A stretch of DNA of 64,000 nt. Origin: a virus. Its lineage: Duplodnaviria; Caudoviricetes. Positions within the stretch are counted from its first letter, which is position 1, and every line of letters starts with the position of its first letter. Below, piece after piece: positions 63,588 to 64,000 of the stretch. The stretch lies in the IMG/VR virus record IMGVR_UViG_3300044627_003892, one strand, 5' to 3'. The notes under the pieces were generated by a model. The model did no database searches, was not told the origin of the DNA, and worked only from the letters and a program-made list of their open reading frames with translations. The position numbers were made by a program, and so were the translations under genes.

Positions 63588-63655
63588 ATATTATAAATAG
63601 TAAAAAACATATAAAAAATATTTTATAATAATTTTGTGTGGTAAATAAAATGTAT

Positions 63656-63663
63656 TATATTTG
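63656..63663 (+). promoter_or_regulatory. Bacteroidetes -7 element TATATTTG, 4 nt before ATG
   Basis: Exact TAnnTTTG. Confidence 0.65.
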
Positions 63664-63667
63664 TCCT

Positions 63668-64000
63668 ATGAAACAACTAATAATCATCATCACTTCTTTA
63701 CTTACATTCTCTGTAACTGCTCAAGATATTGACTACAACAATTTTGATAACAAACGTCTTGAGCGTTTAGTATTTGAAGAATTAAACAAATACCGTGATT
63801 CTTTGGGTGTTGTTGATTTATTGTGGTCAGATGTAATGTATAAAAGTATTACCTGTAAGCAGACTTCAATCCTACAAAAAGGTTCAAGTTTATATCATCC
63901 CGATTTAAAAGTTTTATTTACCGATGAGTTCAGAACTTCATTATCAAAAGAATCTGAAAAACTTACAGGTATTAAGAGTCATAACAATTGTGCACCTAAC
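63668..64000 (+). CDS. Secreted CAP/SCP-like domain protein (partial, runs off window)
   Basis: Signal peptide MKQLIIIITSLLTFSVTA-Q; LVFEELNKYRDSLGVVDLLWS resembles the CAP domain start. Confidence 0.6.
   Translation, partial: MKQLIIIITSLLTFSVTAQDIDYNNFDNKRLERLVFEELNKYRDSLGVVDLLWSDVMYKSITCKQTSILQKGSSLYHPDLKVLFTDEFRTSLSKESEKLTGIKSHNNCAPN

Noticed and set aside
9743-63599. TATTTAT as a Shine-Dalgarno substitute
   Set aside because: It is not complementary to the 16S 3' end, also occurs upstream of the tmRNA, and is absent at the coupled internal genes checked; a promoter role is preferred but unproven.
1-64000. Window as a bacterial chromosome segment (gmd, clpC, ssrA, rpsU, slyD present)
   Set aside because: These genes are interleaved with a full T4-like head module and many orphans, with no housekeeping operon context.
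1-64000. Alternative genetic code (TAG or TGA recoding)
   Set aside because: Core genes are intact in code 11, and TAG (50163, 54625) and TGA (1782, 8989, 12237) end genes at tight junctions.

Overview
AT-rich, gene-dense window from a large T4-like (myovirus-type) phage genome, most likely infecting Bacteroidetes. The host call rests on host-type TAnnTTTG promoters, A-rich start regions without SD motifs, a Bacteroidetes-type bS21 and SusC-type N-terminal domains. Left to right: (1) a glycan cluster with gmd, an fcl/colC-like reductase, a ColD-type PLP enzyme with His at the catalytic Lys position and five glycosyltransferase-like genes, plus phoH; (2) a gp55-like late sigma factor and a baseplate spike; (3) the head module (MCP, scaffold, prohead protease, portal, TerL) with a ribosomal protein bS21 gene on the opposite strand; (4) a nucleotidyltransferase, KTSC, N-domain-less ClpC, M28 peptidase, tmRNA with a non-canonical 21-codon tag, and tRNA-Arg(UCU); (5) a long region of orphan genes. 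About 20 orphan proteins start with L/I/V-x-E propeptide-like segments, including a PPK2 plus SleB-type hydrolase fusion. About 30 transcription-unit starts carry TATTTAT(A/T), and about 9 carry TAnnTTTG, often only 3-6 nt before the start codon, suggesting widespread leaderless mRNAs. All product calls come from visual motif recognition; no database searches were run.
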